NCBI GenBank assembly: GCA_030704615.1
Contig: CM060731.1
Span: 54,870,001 to 54,934,000, forward strand
Origin: Takakia lepidozioides
Lineage: Eukaryota > Plantae > Bryophyta
Length of the DNA stretch: 64,000 nt
Direction: 5' to 3'
Part shown: piece by piece, positions 48,362 to 61,996 of the stretch
Numbering within the stretch: position 1 is the first letter of the stretch
Layout of the letters: every line of letters begins with the position of its first letter
The notes under the pieces: generated by a model
What the model was told of the DNA's origin: nothing
The model's input: the letters and a program-made list of their open reading frames with translations, nothing else
Databases searched by the model: none
Position numbers and translations under genes: made by a program

Positions 48362-50652
48362 AGAAATGTAAACATAGGCAGGGGCTTCTTATGTCTGCCG
48401 CCCTCTGCCGAGTGTGCAGTGTTGCGCACCCTACTCAGGGAAGTGTACAACACAGATGCGAGAGAAGACGTAATTTTTCTTTCAATGTCTGAGGATTAGG
48501 ACACAGTTTTATGAGATGTGGTGTCATTTGCACATTTTGTATCATGTGGGGAACCTCCAGCACCTAGGGTCAGAACTCAGCACTGCTTGCGCGGACCATC
48601 AAGTGACAGTATTCTGCCATCATTTGGTCCATCTTTGAAAATTGGGTGTTTCTGTCATTGTATTGGTTTGTAAGATTTATGACTGATGATATTATGGGTG
48701 TGGTATAAATGAAGGGCCCTCTCCTGTTGCCCATGATTTCCAGACCCACTCTCTCCATCACCCTCCTTCAGTGGTTCAACCTAATGCTGCAGCATCAAAT
48801 TAAACAGAGATTCCTTCTCTAACACCTCTTTTATCAGATTTCTGGTCATGTCCAGAATGCTTATGGATGATGCAGAGGAGGTGGTGATGAGGGTCACACT
48901 TGATTTGCCTTCCCTCCTCTTTAGGCTCCTTTTGAACAGATCCCATCTCATTTGAATAGTATACTGATCCAGTGACCTTTCTTTCTCAGTCCTTCTCTAT
49001 TAGAGTTCCCTCACCTTCCCTTTATACCTTGTCTCACTCGCTTCTCTTCCCCCACTCTCTCCCTCTGAAATCGGAGAGAATGATGCTTGTTGTGAAGCAC
49101 TTTCTAAAGGATATCTGGAAAGCCCCAACTAATTCTGTACTAAGGTAAGTCACACCACCGGAGTGAGCCCTCAGAAAGGTTGTTTCTGTTCCGTATGTCT
49201 GTCCAAACACCTAAGAAAATTTACAAGGTAGTGATGTCATAGGTTCTTAGCCAGAAATGAGGATTGCATGGGTCCATGTGATGCCCTCTCTACACTCACT
49301 TCGTATTGTCTAAGGTTTTCCATCATGCTCACAACTAAATTCGACACCATAGCTCTCTTGCCGTTTCCAAAACAACCATTGAGTAGGCATCCATTTAAAG
49401 AGCAATACAAAAAGGCTGGGCTTTACAGAGGCTATAATGAAGATCAAGCTCTTCAAATTTCCTCATAATTTTTTGGCAATTCTCTTGAAGAGTTCAGCAA
49501 GCGACAGCATACCCGACAAAATACCTGCTCCACCGATAACCAGATCTACCAAACACTTCTAATAAACAGAACTCAGAGTGTAACTTTCCTCAATATCCAG
49601 CCTACAGAATGCACCAACAAAAAAGAGGCTAACCAGAATGCAGTCATAGCACATCGTCATGCCAAAGGGTGCAAGCAACTGTATATTAAAATACATCCCC
49701 TGATTGGAGTATCCGAGCTCTTGAATGATTAGTCATATTGTCTGCGTGTAAGAAATTCATAAAACCAGTATTAACTCCTCTCCTGATCATTAAGGCAAAA
49801 CCCCAAATCCACTTGGATTCAGGGTATCAGTAGGAATTAGACCAAGGGACCCTCCAGCAACTGCGGCCCACAGTAATGTGACACAAACCTTACACAATTC
49901 GCCAGCTGGTTGTCCCAAGTCTGTCTGAGACAGACAGCAGTATCTGTTCCATGACTCATCTATTGGTAATAGTTCGAGAATCGCTAAAGCAGGGACAAAG
50001 TACTCATTCCTAACATAATGAGAACCCTATAACTTTCACAGCCACCCATGGAATTAAAGATGTCAAATAGCACAACACAGGTTATGAAGTCATCAATCTC
50101 CATGTCATTTTTGCCTCATTACAAACATGTACTCCATTTTGCTTTTGCCTTTGAATTATCCAGGGCATACTGAACACAACTCCACAAAATAACCGAGACA
50201 GGAGGGGCCAATTCGACCCCAAAGTGTCCTAAAAGCTGTTACAATCAGTAGAAGGCATTCTAACCAACCACTACAGCAGTAGCACTACACGACCCATGTA
50301 CATGCACACCATAGCCTCTCTATCTCAAGAGGGAGTGGAATAAAGAGAGCTTTTGACATTACCTTATGAACTCAATTTACAAGGACTGTTGAACAATGGG
50401 GTAGCAGAGTATACACCTCCACACTATATCTTCCTCCATAACACATTCGCCGTAAGTACACTCTGGAACCCGATGGGGCAACAGGGAAGGCACTGGATAT
50501 TACAAGCCACAACGAACGGCATACAATGGCAGACATGCATAAGCCACCAAAAGAGAAATGATCAGCCATACCGGCTGCCGCAGACCACCTTGACCTACAG
50601 CTATCCTACACAGCCCACATGCAAAGGTCAACAAGTCCTCTTGTCACTCATC

Positions 50653-53600
50653 TCATGAAGAGAATGCTGTTGACCCTGCAGGTAGTTGGCCATGCAGTTG
50701 GCCAGAGTTGTCCCCTTCTGCTTGCTTTGTGAACGCTTCCAACTGACTCAATAGAGACAGATCAGGTGGTGAAGCAGCAAGAAAGTCCAGAGTTCCTTGG
50801 AAATCAGTGTAATTACTGAAACTGCTTTCAGATAAAGCACCATTACTCAAGGAGCTGACTGACGAAAAGCGGGAGGAAGACGAAAAGTCCCCTGCTAATC
50901 CAATGCTTCCCATTCCCCCCATATCCTCAGGAGGTCTTAAATTGGCAAACTCTGATAGCCTTGTCAAATCATCCCCAGTCCTCAGAGTCGGTACCCTGCT
51001 AGTATCCTCTACTCTCCCAACACTTCCCATGGACATTCGTGTCAAACTGTCACTTGTCCGGAGGTTACTGAGATTTGGCACGGCCTCTAAGTCATCTCCT
51101 CCTCCTAAACTCCCAAGGCCAGCAACAGAGTCCAGATCTTCTGGTACATTCAAGTTTCCCAGATCTGGAAGATTGCTGGTAAGACCTATCCGTTGCCTCC
51201 CCATGTCATGTTGTGCTCTCATCAGCATATCAAGTTCAAGTGAGTCCATTCTCTGTAGACGTGGGAGAGTAACATTTGGAGTGGCTTGTTGACCTCCCAC
51301 ACTCAATGGATTTGAATTCAGCCCTCCCAAGGCATTAGCTGCCTGCTGCTTTTGTTGCAACATTTGTAACTGTGCCAGAGTTGTGAGTGTTGCAGGATCT
51401 ATCTGTCCCAAGCCTCTGCCCAGCCCACCCAAGTTACTGGTTGTACCTGCCCCCAGATTAAGCCCCTTTGAACTCGAAGAGGCAGCTGACCCTCTTCCTC
51501 CCGGTTGAATCTGCATCATCCCTCCAAAGGTCCCACTCTCTGCAGCCTGGAATGAGGCCACTGGATATGGCTGTGGATTCACCCCGCTCAGACGCTTCAA
51601 GTACAGCCGGTATTTCTGCAGTTAACAGGGATAGATGGCATGCAACAGTCACTCCATCAGGTTTTGATGGGGCCGTGGTACTCTTTCAAGAAGTTTAGTG
51701 TGTGACTTCAGCAGTAAAGAACAGTGCCGCAAAGGGAAAATTACAAGAATGGGACAAATAGTGAAGCACTAATTGAACTGCGTAAGATCCATCTGCCATC
51801 CAATTGTTTCAGCCATGTACCAGGTCTCATAAAGTGTTTGGCTTCCCTTGATAAACAGTCTTGTAGCTACATCCCTGCTGGTAAGAAAAGGACGGTGTGT
51901 GTGTACAGGGGTCTTTGGCGGAATACAAAAGTTACACCACATAATAAAGCCATTTCTTCGAAGTTTGTTGCAGATGGCATGCAACAGTCACTCCATCAGG
52001 TTTTGATGGGGCCGTGGTACTCTTTCAAGAAGTTTAGTGTGTGACTTCAGCAGTAAAGAACAGTGCCGCAAAGGGAAAATTACAAGAATGGGACAAATAG
52101 TGAAGCACTAATTGAACTGCGTAAGATCCATCTGCCATCCAATTGTTTCAGCCATGTTTGAACATGTTACCAGGTCTCATAAAGTGTTTGGCTTCCTTGA
52201 TAAACAGTCTTGTAGCTACATCCCTGCTGGTAAGAAAAGGACGGTGTGTACAGGGGTCTTGGCGGAATACAAAAGTTACACCACATAATAAAGCCATTTC
52301 CTTCGAAGTTTGTTGCAGAGGTCACAGGCACTCCCCACTACATGGAAAAGACAACCTGAAGAAAATACTTCTGCACTTAAGAAACTGTGTAAAGACCATA
52401 TTACCCATTGAAATCAACACTATGTGCATTTACAACGCTTACATGCACAGAAGCTCATCCAACTCCAGAGACAAAAGCAATGTAGACACAGACAACTTAT
52501 AGCTCTCTTCAGGAGAGATACGTATCACAGATAAAAAGGAGGAACTTGCACCTGCAGATGGCTTGCCACATTCTCTCGTGTTAGACCCTGGACATTCATT
52601 ATCTCCAGTATCCTCTTAGGGACAGCTTCTGCACAGTAGAAAGCCGAAAAGGTGGTGAAAATGGGTGCCAAAAAGTTTATTCGGAGATCACGCAGACAGC
52701 AGGGCACCACGGTCAATGGTAAGATGTACATCCTTTAGCCTGAGGTAAAACCAAAGAATATCATTTACAAATCCAAACACCTCTCCTCTGAGGTGCGTAA
52801 ATAAGACCATGCATTTTCAAATAAAATAAAGAGAAACAAAGCCCAAGCAAGGGGAGGGGTTTGAATGAGCTCACTGTCAATTCCAAGCTGATTAACAGCA
52901 TTCACAAACTGCTGGTGAAGCTCCACAGACCACACCACTCGTGCCTTCTTCAGGTTGTTCACGTCTTCAATTGCTTGATGCTCATCATCCATCTTGTCCT
53001 TCCTCTTTCTGGAGGTGTGGTCTGCATCAGATGGAGAGTCCAACAGCTTTCCATTCTCATCCCATTCTCCTGACACCTCTTCCTTGGGCATATCTCGTGG
53101 GGGAACCCGCTTGCGAATCACATGCTGCCATATATTCCGAAGCTCCTCAAGTCGCACAGGCTTGAGCAGATAATCACATGCTCCATGTGTAATACCCTTC
53201 ATCACCACATCGGTCTCCCCATCTGCAGACATCACTGCAATCCACAAAAGCGACTGGAGAGGTCAGAAGCCTGGAGCTTGGCCTACTGAGTCAAACACAT
53301 TGAGAGTGTTAATTAAAAGACCACATGTGATATGAGCACACACTAACAAAAGAAAAAACTCAAGAGAGACTTTCAAACTAATCCTAGCCGCCAAAGTAGG
53401 GAAGTGCTACAGTGCTGTGATCTATTTTCATAAAGGTTTGTCCACTTCACTACCGAAAACCGAAAGAACAACAGAGAAATACTTTGAAGAGACTCAGAGA
53501 TATACGGAGGCAGTTAGTGCAAAACAACTTACTGATAACAGGCAAATCCAATTCTAGCCCAATGGCTTCAAGTAGCTTGAAACCATCCATGTCCGGCATG

Positions 53601-55462
53601 TACACATCACTGATCACAAGGTCGAAATAATTCCTCTTTTCCCTCAGCAAAGAAAGTGCCTTAGTAGCACAGTGGCATGTTTCAACTGCAAAAGAAAACG
53701 GCAAACGCAACTACAATGAGGTTACTTGTGAAACCAAGACAAATTGTGGAACAACAAAGAGCCTCAAAAAAAGAAGCAGGTGGAATATAGGTACTTCACT
53801 TCAAAAGACTATTTTGCTCCACATCAAGATATCTGCAACCATTAACACTTGACATAGCTCTGTGGACAATCAATACTCTGTCACTTACTGTAACGGTGCA
53901 CAACAGGATTACAGCTTTAAGATGTGAACAAGAGTTCAAACCTCCTTCCCAACTCACAATAACTGACTTGAGGACCTGGGAACCACAGTATACTTCTTTA
54001 CAGGTTCCATTCTTAGACTTGCGAAGTAACCAGCTTAACAACCTTTTTCATGTGTGTAAAGACACTCCCAGCTGCCGCATCTGAGCAGGCCTGAGAAATA
54101 GACCAGGTAGGAAAAACCATGAATGGGCAGGCATGATTTTCCACCAGTTACCATGATTATAAAAAAGGGGATGTTTAGCTTTGAACTGGAAGTAACATTT
54201 ATGCAGTATTGCTATTTTCACTGCAGACCTCATCCACAAGCTGGAAGTATGATGTTCTCACATTACATGTGAAATCTGCAATCTCAGTCACGAATCGGCC
54301 ACCTGACCTACGTAAGCCAATCACGTTAAGCTGAGACCACGGCAACTGTTTCTGCAGCAGATACTGGTATTTTCACTTCCAGAAGATAACTCCTCACTCC
54401 ACTGTTCCAAGGGGTCCACAAGCCGGAAGTATGATGTTACCCATACATATGACATATGCAACCTTAGTGACCAATCGGCCACCTGAGGCCAACTACATTA
54501 AGCTGAGGATAAAATCACCAATTACTTGTGGCTGGTTAAAAGGGGTTCAAATCCTGTTAGGCCTGAGACAATAACCTAAGCCTAAAACTGCTAGATGTGA
54601 AAGGCAGTTTTGCCTCCACAACTTTCAAACAATCAGAGCACTTCACACTACCCTGGGCAGGAATGGGAAGCAGTTAATTCACATATAAAATTGCTTCTCG
54701 GTTCGAATTCTGTCACTTCTTCACAGAACATATGAGGTCCCTACATACATTTGATGCTTGTCACATGAAAGAAACCCCACAGAAAGCATAAGATGATCGA
54801 TACCATCTAACAACAAAGTGCCACATTGCTGCAATGTTTTTCCTAGCACTGAGCAATATTCCACACAGAGACAGAAGTAGAACGACCATCAGAAATGAGA
54901 TAAGACAGACAATGCACCATCTGCTGTGTAACACAAACTGGCATGACTTTTAGGGTCTCCATACAACTCCCATATCCTGGCTATCGCTCTCCTCACACAC
55001 ACACAACGAAAAACAAAGCCCACTTCAAGTTCTGTGAGTGTGCCCTGGGGTGAAAATGCGTACCAATCTCAGCTATGAAAAGGGCATACCACCCATCCGC
55101 AGAAAAATCCCTTTCCTACTATTTCCTTTTCTTTCAAGACTTGATGGAGCTAGATGTGAGAGCATAATTAACCCTGATTTCAGATGCGAAAACCCTGTGA
55201 TAACCCTAAGGTGATGCTCATTATTGTAGAAGGCTTCAGCTCAGAGAAGCTGAAGAACCTCACACACAAGGTCTGCACGATGCAAATGTGGCAAAAAAAG
55301 ATACGAACCGATGTAGTTGCATTGGCGAAGCATTCTTTCCAGAATCATCAAGCAAAGAAGGTCGTCATCCACCACCAGTATCCGCAATCCAGCAGGAGAG
55401 AAGCCTTCGGAGACCGTCATTTTCTCTTCTTTTGGCTCCACGTCGACTTCCAGCGACATCAT
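50653..55462 (-). CDS. Type-B response regulator (receiver plus GARP/Myb-like domain); exons 55462-55309, 53685-53533, 53234-52875, 52628-52552, 51615-50653
   Basis: [63 protein letters not shown]|KYRLYL; all junctions GT-AG and in frame. Confidence 0.95.
51633..52319. repeat. Tandem duplication of ~340 bp within intron 4 of the response regulator
   Basis: 51633-51971 repeats at 51972-52319 with a few small indels. Confidence 0.93.
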
Positions 55463-57586
55463 GATAACAATGGCTTATTCAGGGTAAAAGGAAGCCCCGG
55501 GGATGTGGCAAGATGGCTTTCTATGTCTTGATTCTGCCTGCTAGCAGTTTTCTTAGTATGACTAGCGTCTGACTTCCTCTAAGTACGTAAGGGCAATTCT
55601 TGAAGGTTTCGACCACAAATTTGTCGGGACATACCTGGCAACCATTTTAGGAGCAAATCGGAGACAAATTTCAATTACATTCGGTAACCGAAGCAGTTTG
55701 GAAAACCTTGGCGGGACAGTGGAAGCTGTAGATGCAGTAGAGTAGAGCTTTGATTGCAAAATTGTCGCGATTCTATCGGAGCTGCTCTGAAGAAAAGCAA
55801 GACCTCTCACTCTCTAAAGAGGTGATGTAAGTCAGCCATAGTTCAAACAAGTGTATCAGCTTCAAGGTCAAATTGAGGCCTTGGTAGAGCCAGTATACAC
55901 CTCCAAGAAGGCAGCGGACGCCTTTGAGTGTTTAGACAAAGGACAAGGCCAAAAAAGTACATGGCCACTACATTGCAGCGGCTATGCCCAACAGGTATAG
56001 CCATTCCAGTAAGACCTCGAAGGTAGCTGAGAAGCGAGCCTCCTTAAGAGACCATTCATGGCCCTAGATTTGACGCAATAATAGCTGGAGCTCACAGCTG
56101 AAACATAGGGAAGTAAGGCTTCCGCCGATCTGTGAAGCGAGAGAATGTAACGTAATGTCCAAAAAAACGAAGGAAAATGGGAACTCTTTAACAAGGCGGC
56201 ATCCGTAATGACTACATAAGTATATGCCAATTCCGGGTTTCGACGCTTTAGGATCCGGGTCCAGGATCCGTTGCAGGGTGGGAGTGAGAGAAATATAATC
56301 CTGCAACCATCTACTCAGGAAGGGACTTAAGGACACGTCATGCACAGGCGTGAGGCATAGAAACGACACAGAAATAAGTGAGAGGAAGAGCATGTAGGAG
56401 GAAGCACTTGGAATGGGTTCGCAGGGGCAGCTAGAACATGGGGCACGCGACGGAACGAGGCAAGCAACTCTCTTCTGCCACCACCACGCTCTCCCCCCCA
56501 CACTCACTGCCTCCACCGTGCGATCCTCCATCCCACGGTCGGGATGCTGGGGGCAGGTGTACTTACACTGTCTCTTGCCCGCGTTGACGATCACTCTCTT
56601 GCTTTCCCGTAGCGACGCTGCTGCTGGGTTCCGTTTAGTTAACGATACGAGAAGACGGTTCGTTGGCTCACACTCTCCTGCCTTCCTCTACTGCTGGGTT
56701 CCGTAGTTAACGATACAAGAAGACGGAGCAAACCGGGCAACGCCAACAGAAGTCTGTACGCGTTGCCGGTACCGTCCGGATCTAGTCGGTGCCGCGTTCC
56801 GTCCGTCGCACTGCGCAGCCGAGTCAACCAGTTGCACACTCTCACTTGTGCCTACACAATGTCACCCTTGGCAGTTGAGAAGGTTCCTCCAGTTGTAAGC
56901 GAAGGGCTGATGCAAACTGTGCTATTGCCAATGGCCCTCTGATATTGACACTGGAGTGGTTTGCAATTCCATTCATGTAGTTCCTCAGCAGATCTGTTTC
57001 CGCAGACATGTTCACGAGGTTACCAAAATTGTCACATAGGTTGACTGTGAGCTTATGGTGGTACCAACTGTTATTATTTTGCCATCACTTATGCCTGTTC
57101 CTGGTGGAGTCATTCCCGTTTGCATCAGTTATTTTTGCTAAGCACTGGAGTAGGTTTTTTGGAATGGAGTTCCCAAACACGGCTTTCATGAAGTATACTG
57201 TCACACTCCCAGAAGCCCCTGCCTTTTCGCCAGACTTCAGACATAAGCCAACAAAGGAGTCCCTTTGGATTGAGAGTTCATCAAACCCTCCTTGGGTGAA
57301 AGAAGAGCTAGCTGCCATGATACAAGGTCAAGCACTCTTTGGCAATGTTTCTGCTGCCAATGGACAACATGCAGATTCAGGCGGAGAACCCTACAGGTAT
57401 TATTTTGATGATGATTCAAGGGTAAGTCAAAAAGATATAAATAATGCAATGTAATCTCACAGTAAATGTCCGTGGTTGCCCTGGTATATGTCGCAAGGAA
57501 CCTGCCCAATTGAAGAGTCCTTTGTTTGACATATTAAGGAGCTTTGAAATGTATTGTTATAGGGTTGCAAGGAAGAGTCTTAAGCT

Positions 57587-60118
57587 ATGCAGGATGGCAA
57601 AATTGAATCTGATGCAAAATATGTGTGGTCTGGCAGCACCTTAACCATCACCACTGAAAGAGGACCAAAAAAGGGAGTCAACAAGGACGCTTCTGGTTCT
57701 TGTGGGTATGTGAGGACATTATGTAAGGCGGGACGTTTGAGAGAGGCACTTGACTTTTTGCACCAGAAATGCACCCGGGCAGACTCCGACACTTATGTTT
57801 GTCTCTTGCAGGAGTGTATCAAGACGAAAGACCTAGCAGGAGGAAAGCAAGTGCATGCTCACATCATCCAAAGTCGATTCAAGCGTAATATCTTTGTATC
57901 CAACACCCTCGTCAACATGTATGCCAAGTGCGGGAGCATTGGGGATGCACGCCAAGTGTTTGACGAAATGTCCAAACGGGATATGTTTACATGGACTATA
58001 ATGTTGGCGGGATATGCCAAGCATGGGCATGCTGAGGAGGCTTTTAATCTCTATGAGCAAATGCGACAAGAGGGGGTGATGCCCGACAGGGTCACATTCA
58101 TTTGCATTCTCAATGCATGTACAAGCCTTGGAGCGCTGGAAAAGGGCAAGGAAGTCCATGCCGACATCTTGAAAGCTGGAATTGAGTCATATGTTAATTT
58201 GGACAATACCCTTGTCGACATGTATGCCAAATGTGGGAGCATAGAGGATGCAAGTCAAGTGTTTGACAACATGGCTAAACGAGATGTGGTGTCGTGGAGT
58301 GCAATGATCGCTGGATATGCTCAGCACGGGTGTGGGAGAGAGGCCTTGAAAGTATATGGGCAAATGCAATGTGAAGGGGTGACTCCTAACAGGGTCACTT
58401 TCATTTCTGTTCTCAGTGCGTGTGCCAGCCTAACAGACATTGAGAAAGGCAAAGAGGTCCACACTGACATCGTCAAAGCCAGAATTGCACCAGATGTCGT
58501 CCTGGAGACTGCTCTTGCAGACATGTATACAAAATGCGGGAGCATGAAGGATGCCCGTCAAGTGTTTGACAATATGGCTCAACGGAATGTGGTCTCATGG
58601 AACACCATGATTGCAGGATATGCACAACATGGGAATGGTAGAAAGGCTCTCGAGATATATCAGCAAATGCAACAGGAAGTAGTGAAACCTGACAGGGTCA
58701 CGTTCACTTGCGCGGTCAATGCGTGTGCCAGCCTAGGAGCTCTGGCAAAAGGCAAGTGGGTCCATTCTCACATCAGCAAGAGTGGAATTGCACCAGATGT
58801 TATTCTGGAGACTGCCCTTGTTGATATGTATGCCAAATGTGGAAGCATGAAGGATGCGTGTGAAGTATTTGACAACATATGTAAACAAGATGTGGTCTCA
58901 TGGAGTGCAATGATCGCAGGATACTCTCAGCATGGCTATGGTGAAGAAGCTCTCAAGATCTATGAGCGAATGCAACGGGAAGGGGTGACTCCAAACAGTG
59001 TCACGTTTGTTTCTGTTCTCAATGCATGTACCAGCCTAGGAGCCCTGGAAAGGGGCAAGCGGGTCCATGCTCACATCATGAAAGCTGGAATTGTGTCGTA
59101 TATTAATTTGGAAAATGCCCTTGTTAACATGTATGCCAAATGTGGGAGCATGCAGGAGGCATGTCAAGTGTTTGACAAAATGGTTGAACGAGATGTGCTC
59201 TCATGGAGCGGGTTGATCGCAGGATATGCACAGCATGGGTGTGGTAATGAGGTCCTTGAACTATTTGAACAAATGAAACAGGAAGGCTTGCAGCCAGATG
59301 GTATCACGTTTATATCTCTTCTATCTGCCTGTAGTCATGTGGGTCTCGTGGACGAAGGTCATCATTACTACGACTCCATGAGTCGAGATTATGGGCTCAC
59401 ACCTACAATGGAGCATTTTGGCTGCATGGTGGACCTTCTTGGCCGTGCAGGGCGACTGGATGAGGCAAGGGACTTCATTAACAGAATGCCAATTGAAGCA
59501 GATTCTTCAGTGTGGGGGGCCCTGCTTGGTGCATGCAAAATTCATGGCAATCTGGAACTAGCAGAACGTGTAGCAAATTGGGTTATCCAGTTGGACCCAC
59601 AAGACCCTGCAGCTTATGTGCTGCTATCAAATATGTACGCCGCGGCTGGCAAGTGGGACGATAAAGCAAAGATCAGAAAACTGATGGATGACAGAGGTGT
59701 CAGAAAGGAACCAGGGTGGAGCCGTGTTGAGATCTACAACCAGGTGCATACATTTGTTGTAGAAGACAATTCGCACCCAAAAATTGAGGGAATCCATGCT
59801 GAGCTAAAGAGATTATCTTTGCTGATGAAGGAGACTGGATATGTGCCTGACACACGCACTGTATTGCATGATTGGGAGGAGGAGCATAAGGACCTCTCTC
59901 TTTGCTACCACAGTGAGAAGCTGGCCATTGCTTTTGGGCTCATCAGCACACCCCCTGGTACGCCTCTTCGCATTATCAAAAACCTGCGGGTGTGTGGTGA
60001 CTGCCACACAGCCACCAAGTTCATCTCAAAGATTGTCAAGCGACCAATTGTGGTACGGGATGCTGTCCGATTTCACCACTTCCAAGATGGGGTCTGTTCC
60101 TGTGGAGAGTACTGGTGA
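57587..60118 (+). CDS. PLS-class PPR protein with E1/E2 and PG-type DYW deaminase domain (organellar C-to-U editing factor); possible upstream exon ending at 57421 spliced to 57593
   Basis: 17 motifs (L-S-P)x4-L-S-P2-L2-S2, then E1, E2, PGWS box, HSEKLA, CGDCH, ending CSCGEYW. Confidence 0.96.
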   Translation: MQDGKIESDAKYVWSGSTLTITTERGPKKGVNKDASGSCGYVRTLCKAGRLREALDFLHQKCTRADSDTYVCLLQECIKTKDLAGGKQVHAHIIQSRFKRNIFVSNTLVNMYAKCGSIGDARQVFDEMSKRDMFTWTIMLAGYAKHGHAEEAFNLYEQMRQEGVMPDRVTFICILNACTSLGALEKGKEVHADILKAGIESYVNLDNTLVDMYAKCGSIEDASQVFDNMAKRDVVSWSAMIAGYAQHGCGREALKVYGQMQCEGVTPNRVTFISVLSACASLTDIEKGKEVHTDIVKARIAPDVVLETALADMYTKCGSMKDARQVFDNMAQRNVVSWNTMIAGYAQHGNGRKALEIYQQMQQEVVKPDRVTFTCAVNACASLGALAKGKWVHSHISKSGIAPDVILETALVDMYAKCGSMKDACEVFDNICKQDVVSWSAMIAGYSQHGYGEEALKIYERMQREGVTPNSVTFVSVLNACTSLGALERGKRVHAHIMKAGIVSYINLENALVNMYAKCGSMQEACQVFDKMVERDVLSWSGLIAGYAQHGCGNEVLELFEQMKQEGLQPDGITFISLLSACSHVGLVDEGHHYYDSMSRDYGLTPTMEHFGCMVDLLGRAGRLDEARDFINRMPIEADSSVWGALLGACKIHGNLELAERVANWVIQLDPQDPAAYVLLSNMYAAAGKWDDKAKIRKLMDDRGVRKEPGWSRVEIYNQVHTFVVEDNSHPKIEGIHAELKRLSLLMKETGYVPDTRTVLHDWEEEHKDLSLCYHSEKLAIAFGLISTPPGTPLRIIKNLRVCGDCHTATKFISKIVKRPIVVRDAVRFHHFQDGVCSCGEYW

Positions 60119-60999
60119 AAGATGCGGTGCCTCAAAGATGAGGTCACAGAGAGAACAAATTGGTAGCATAGTAGGAAATGGAAAGAAAACAATGTGTACC
60201 ACTGAATGCAGCAGTAGTCAGTACTGCGCTTCCTACAAGCTGCCCAAGCTCACAATGACAATCCCAGCATCATAGCAAATATCAGTGAAGTCACAGATTT
60301 TTCAGAAGAGTTTTCAACAGGAAAGAGAAGGCACATGCAAAACCCGCAGGTTAGGGGGAGTTTTGCACCAAAAAGGTTGAACACAGAACCAGGAGATACT
60401 GAGAGGATCATTTTATGTGGTGGCTTGGGAGCATCAATGCATTTGAGTGTTTTGAACATGAGCTCACAGTTGGGCACAATCACTCCACACAATGGCTTTA
60501 GTTGCGGGGAAGAGGCCTATATACTATTGCACACTATGACATCACCAGTATGGGGTTGTTTTCATCCCATCCAACACCAGTGTGCTCCCACCATGCGTAC
60601 ATTGTTGCTGAATGCATGCAGGAATCTACTCCTGTCATAAGACCTCGCAATCTATAGTGCTGTGGGTCTGTGCAACAGGAAGTTGAATGAGAAAATCTAA
60701 AAGCAGCTGTGTTTGTGTAGAAGAGTTTCATGAATGTGAGTACCATTTTCCAGCTTTTCAGGTTTCTCCAACCAGGAAAAACCTTGTGTTGCAAAGCTAA
60801 GATCAAAAGACTAGAGTCATTCTATGTCATCTGATCTTTTGGTGATCCACCCTGCACAGTTCTTCCATAACACTTGAAAAATGAATACAGTTGAGTAGGT
60901 ATATTGCAACGTCACTCTTCCTAGGCCAAAACCTGACATTGGCATCCATAACTAAGACTTGTGTCCCAACAGCCAATTTGAAGTGTAAAGATGACTGCA

Positions 61000-61880
61000 T
61001 TTTTATTTATTTTTTATTTTTTAAAAGAACAGGGATGAGACATGAGACCCTGGGAATTTTATTCGGATTATTAGAGGGAAAAAAATTAGAACCCTCGGAT
61101 AAACCATAAGGCACACACACAGTCGTCAGTGAAGGGGAGACCATGCCACTCTCGCGGAGTATAATTCGAACTATTGCTTGATGTGCTTCCAATTGATGTC
61201 TCTGTCAAACTCCGACCAAGTTGTGAACTGTGCCGCAGATGTCTCTCCAGGCAGGCGGGAGCAAGACATTCCATACGCAGCAGTCTGTGGCGGGGCTATA
61301 GCATAGGATGCCGTTCCTCCCCCATGTCGAGGTAAACGTTGCGTGGAGCGAATCTGCTTGCCTTGCATCTCTTTGGACATCTGCACACAGTTTAGCCCAA
61401 GCCCTTCTAGCCTCAATTTGCAGATCCTGGTAAATGTGACTGAGCAGGGCAGATATCCCTATGGTCTTAGCGGAGAATGTTCTGTTACATCTTGCTTTCC
61501 ATATGTGCCACAAGGTGGAGCTCCGGATGGTATCAAACACAGGGCAAGGTAGAGCTCTTGCTTTCGAGACCTGGTCATAGTTTAGGAGGATGTGGATTTA
61601 AAAAGTGGCTGCTGTTCCAAGGCTTGTAGAAGTGTTTGATCAGAGGCCAGATAATCGCCGGTGCCTGGCAATGAAGTAAGCAGTGTTCAAGGGTTTCCAT
61701 TACCGCTGACGAGCAGCATCTGCATAGAAGAGCGTCCTCCGAACCCAGCCAAACCCCCAACTTTCAGCACTCTATTTGCTATCTGCCACAGGAATGCCGC
61801 TATCTTCACTGGCCTGTTGGGACACGGACTTGTTGGTTGCCTGGAAATGGAGTATAGTTTAGGGGTTGCCATCTTCTAGC
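61000..61880 (-). mobile_element. 3' fragment of an L1-type LINE (zf-RVT region and A-rich tail)
   Basis: AFLWQIANRVL, CRCCSSAVMETLEHCLLHC, LWHIWKARCNRTF; T-rich run 61000-61022. Confidence 0.8.
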
Positions 61881-61996
61881 CCACTCCTGCAGATAATCTA
61901 TTTGTTGGAAGTTGGATCACATACAAGACTGTTGTCGTCTGTTCTATCTATACATGGAACATTAAAAATGACAGTTCTGACCCAAAGCACAAGGAG

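Noticed and set aside
48400-50600. Additional gene between PsbX and the response regulator
   Set aside because: Only short ORFs without recognisable motifs; consistent with UTR or intergenic DNA.
57587-60118. U-to-C editing (DYW:KP) factor
   Set aside because: The domain starts with a PG box (PGWS) and has HSEKLA, typical of C-to-U DYW domains.
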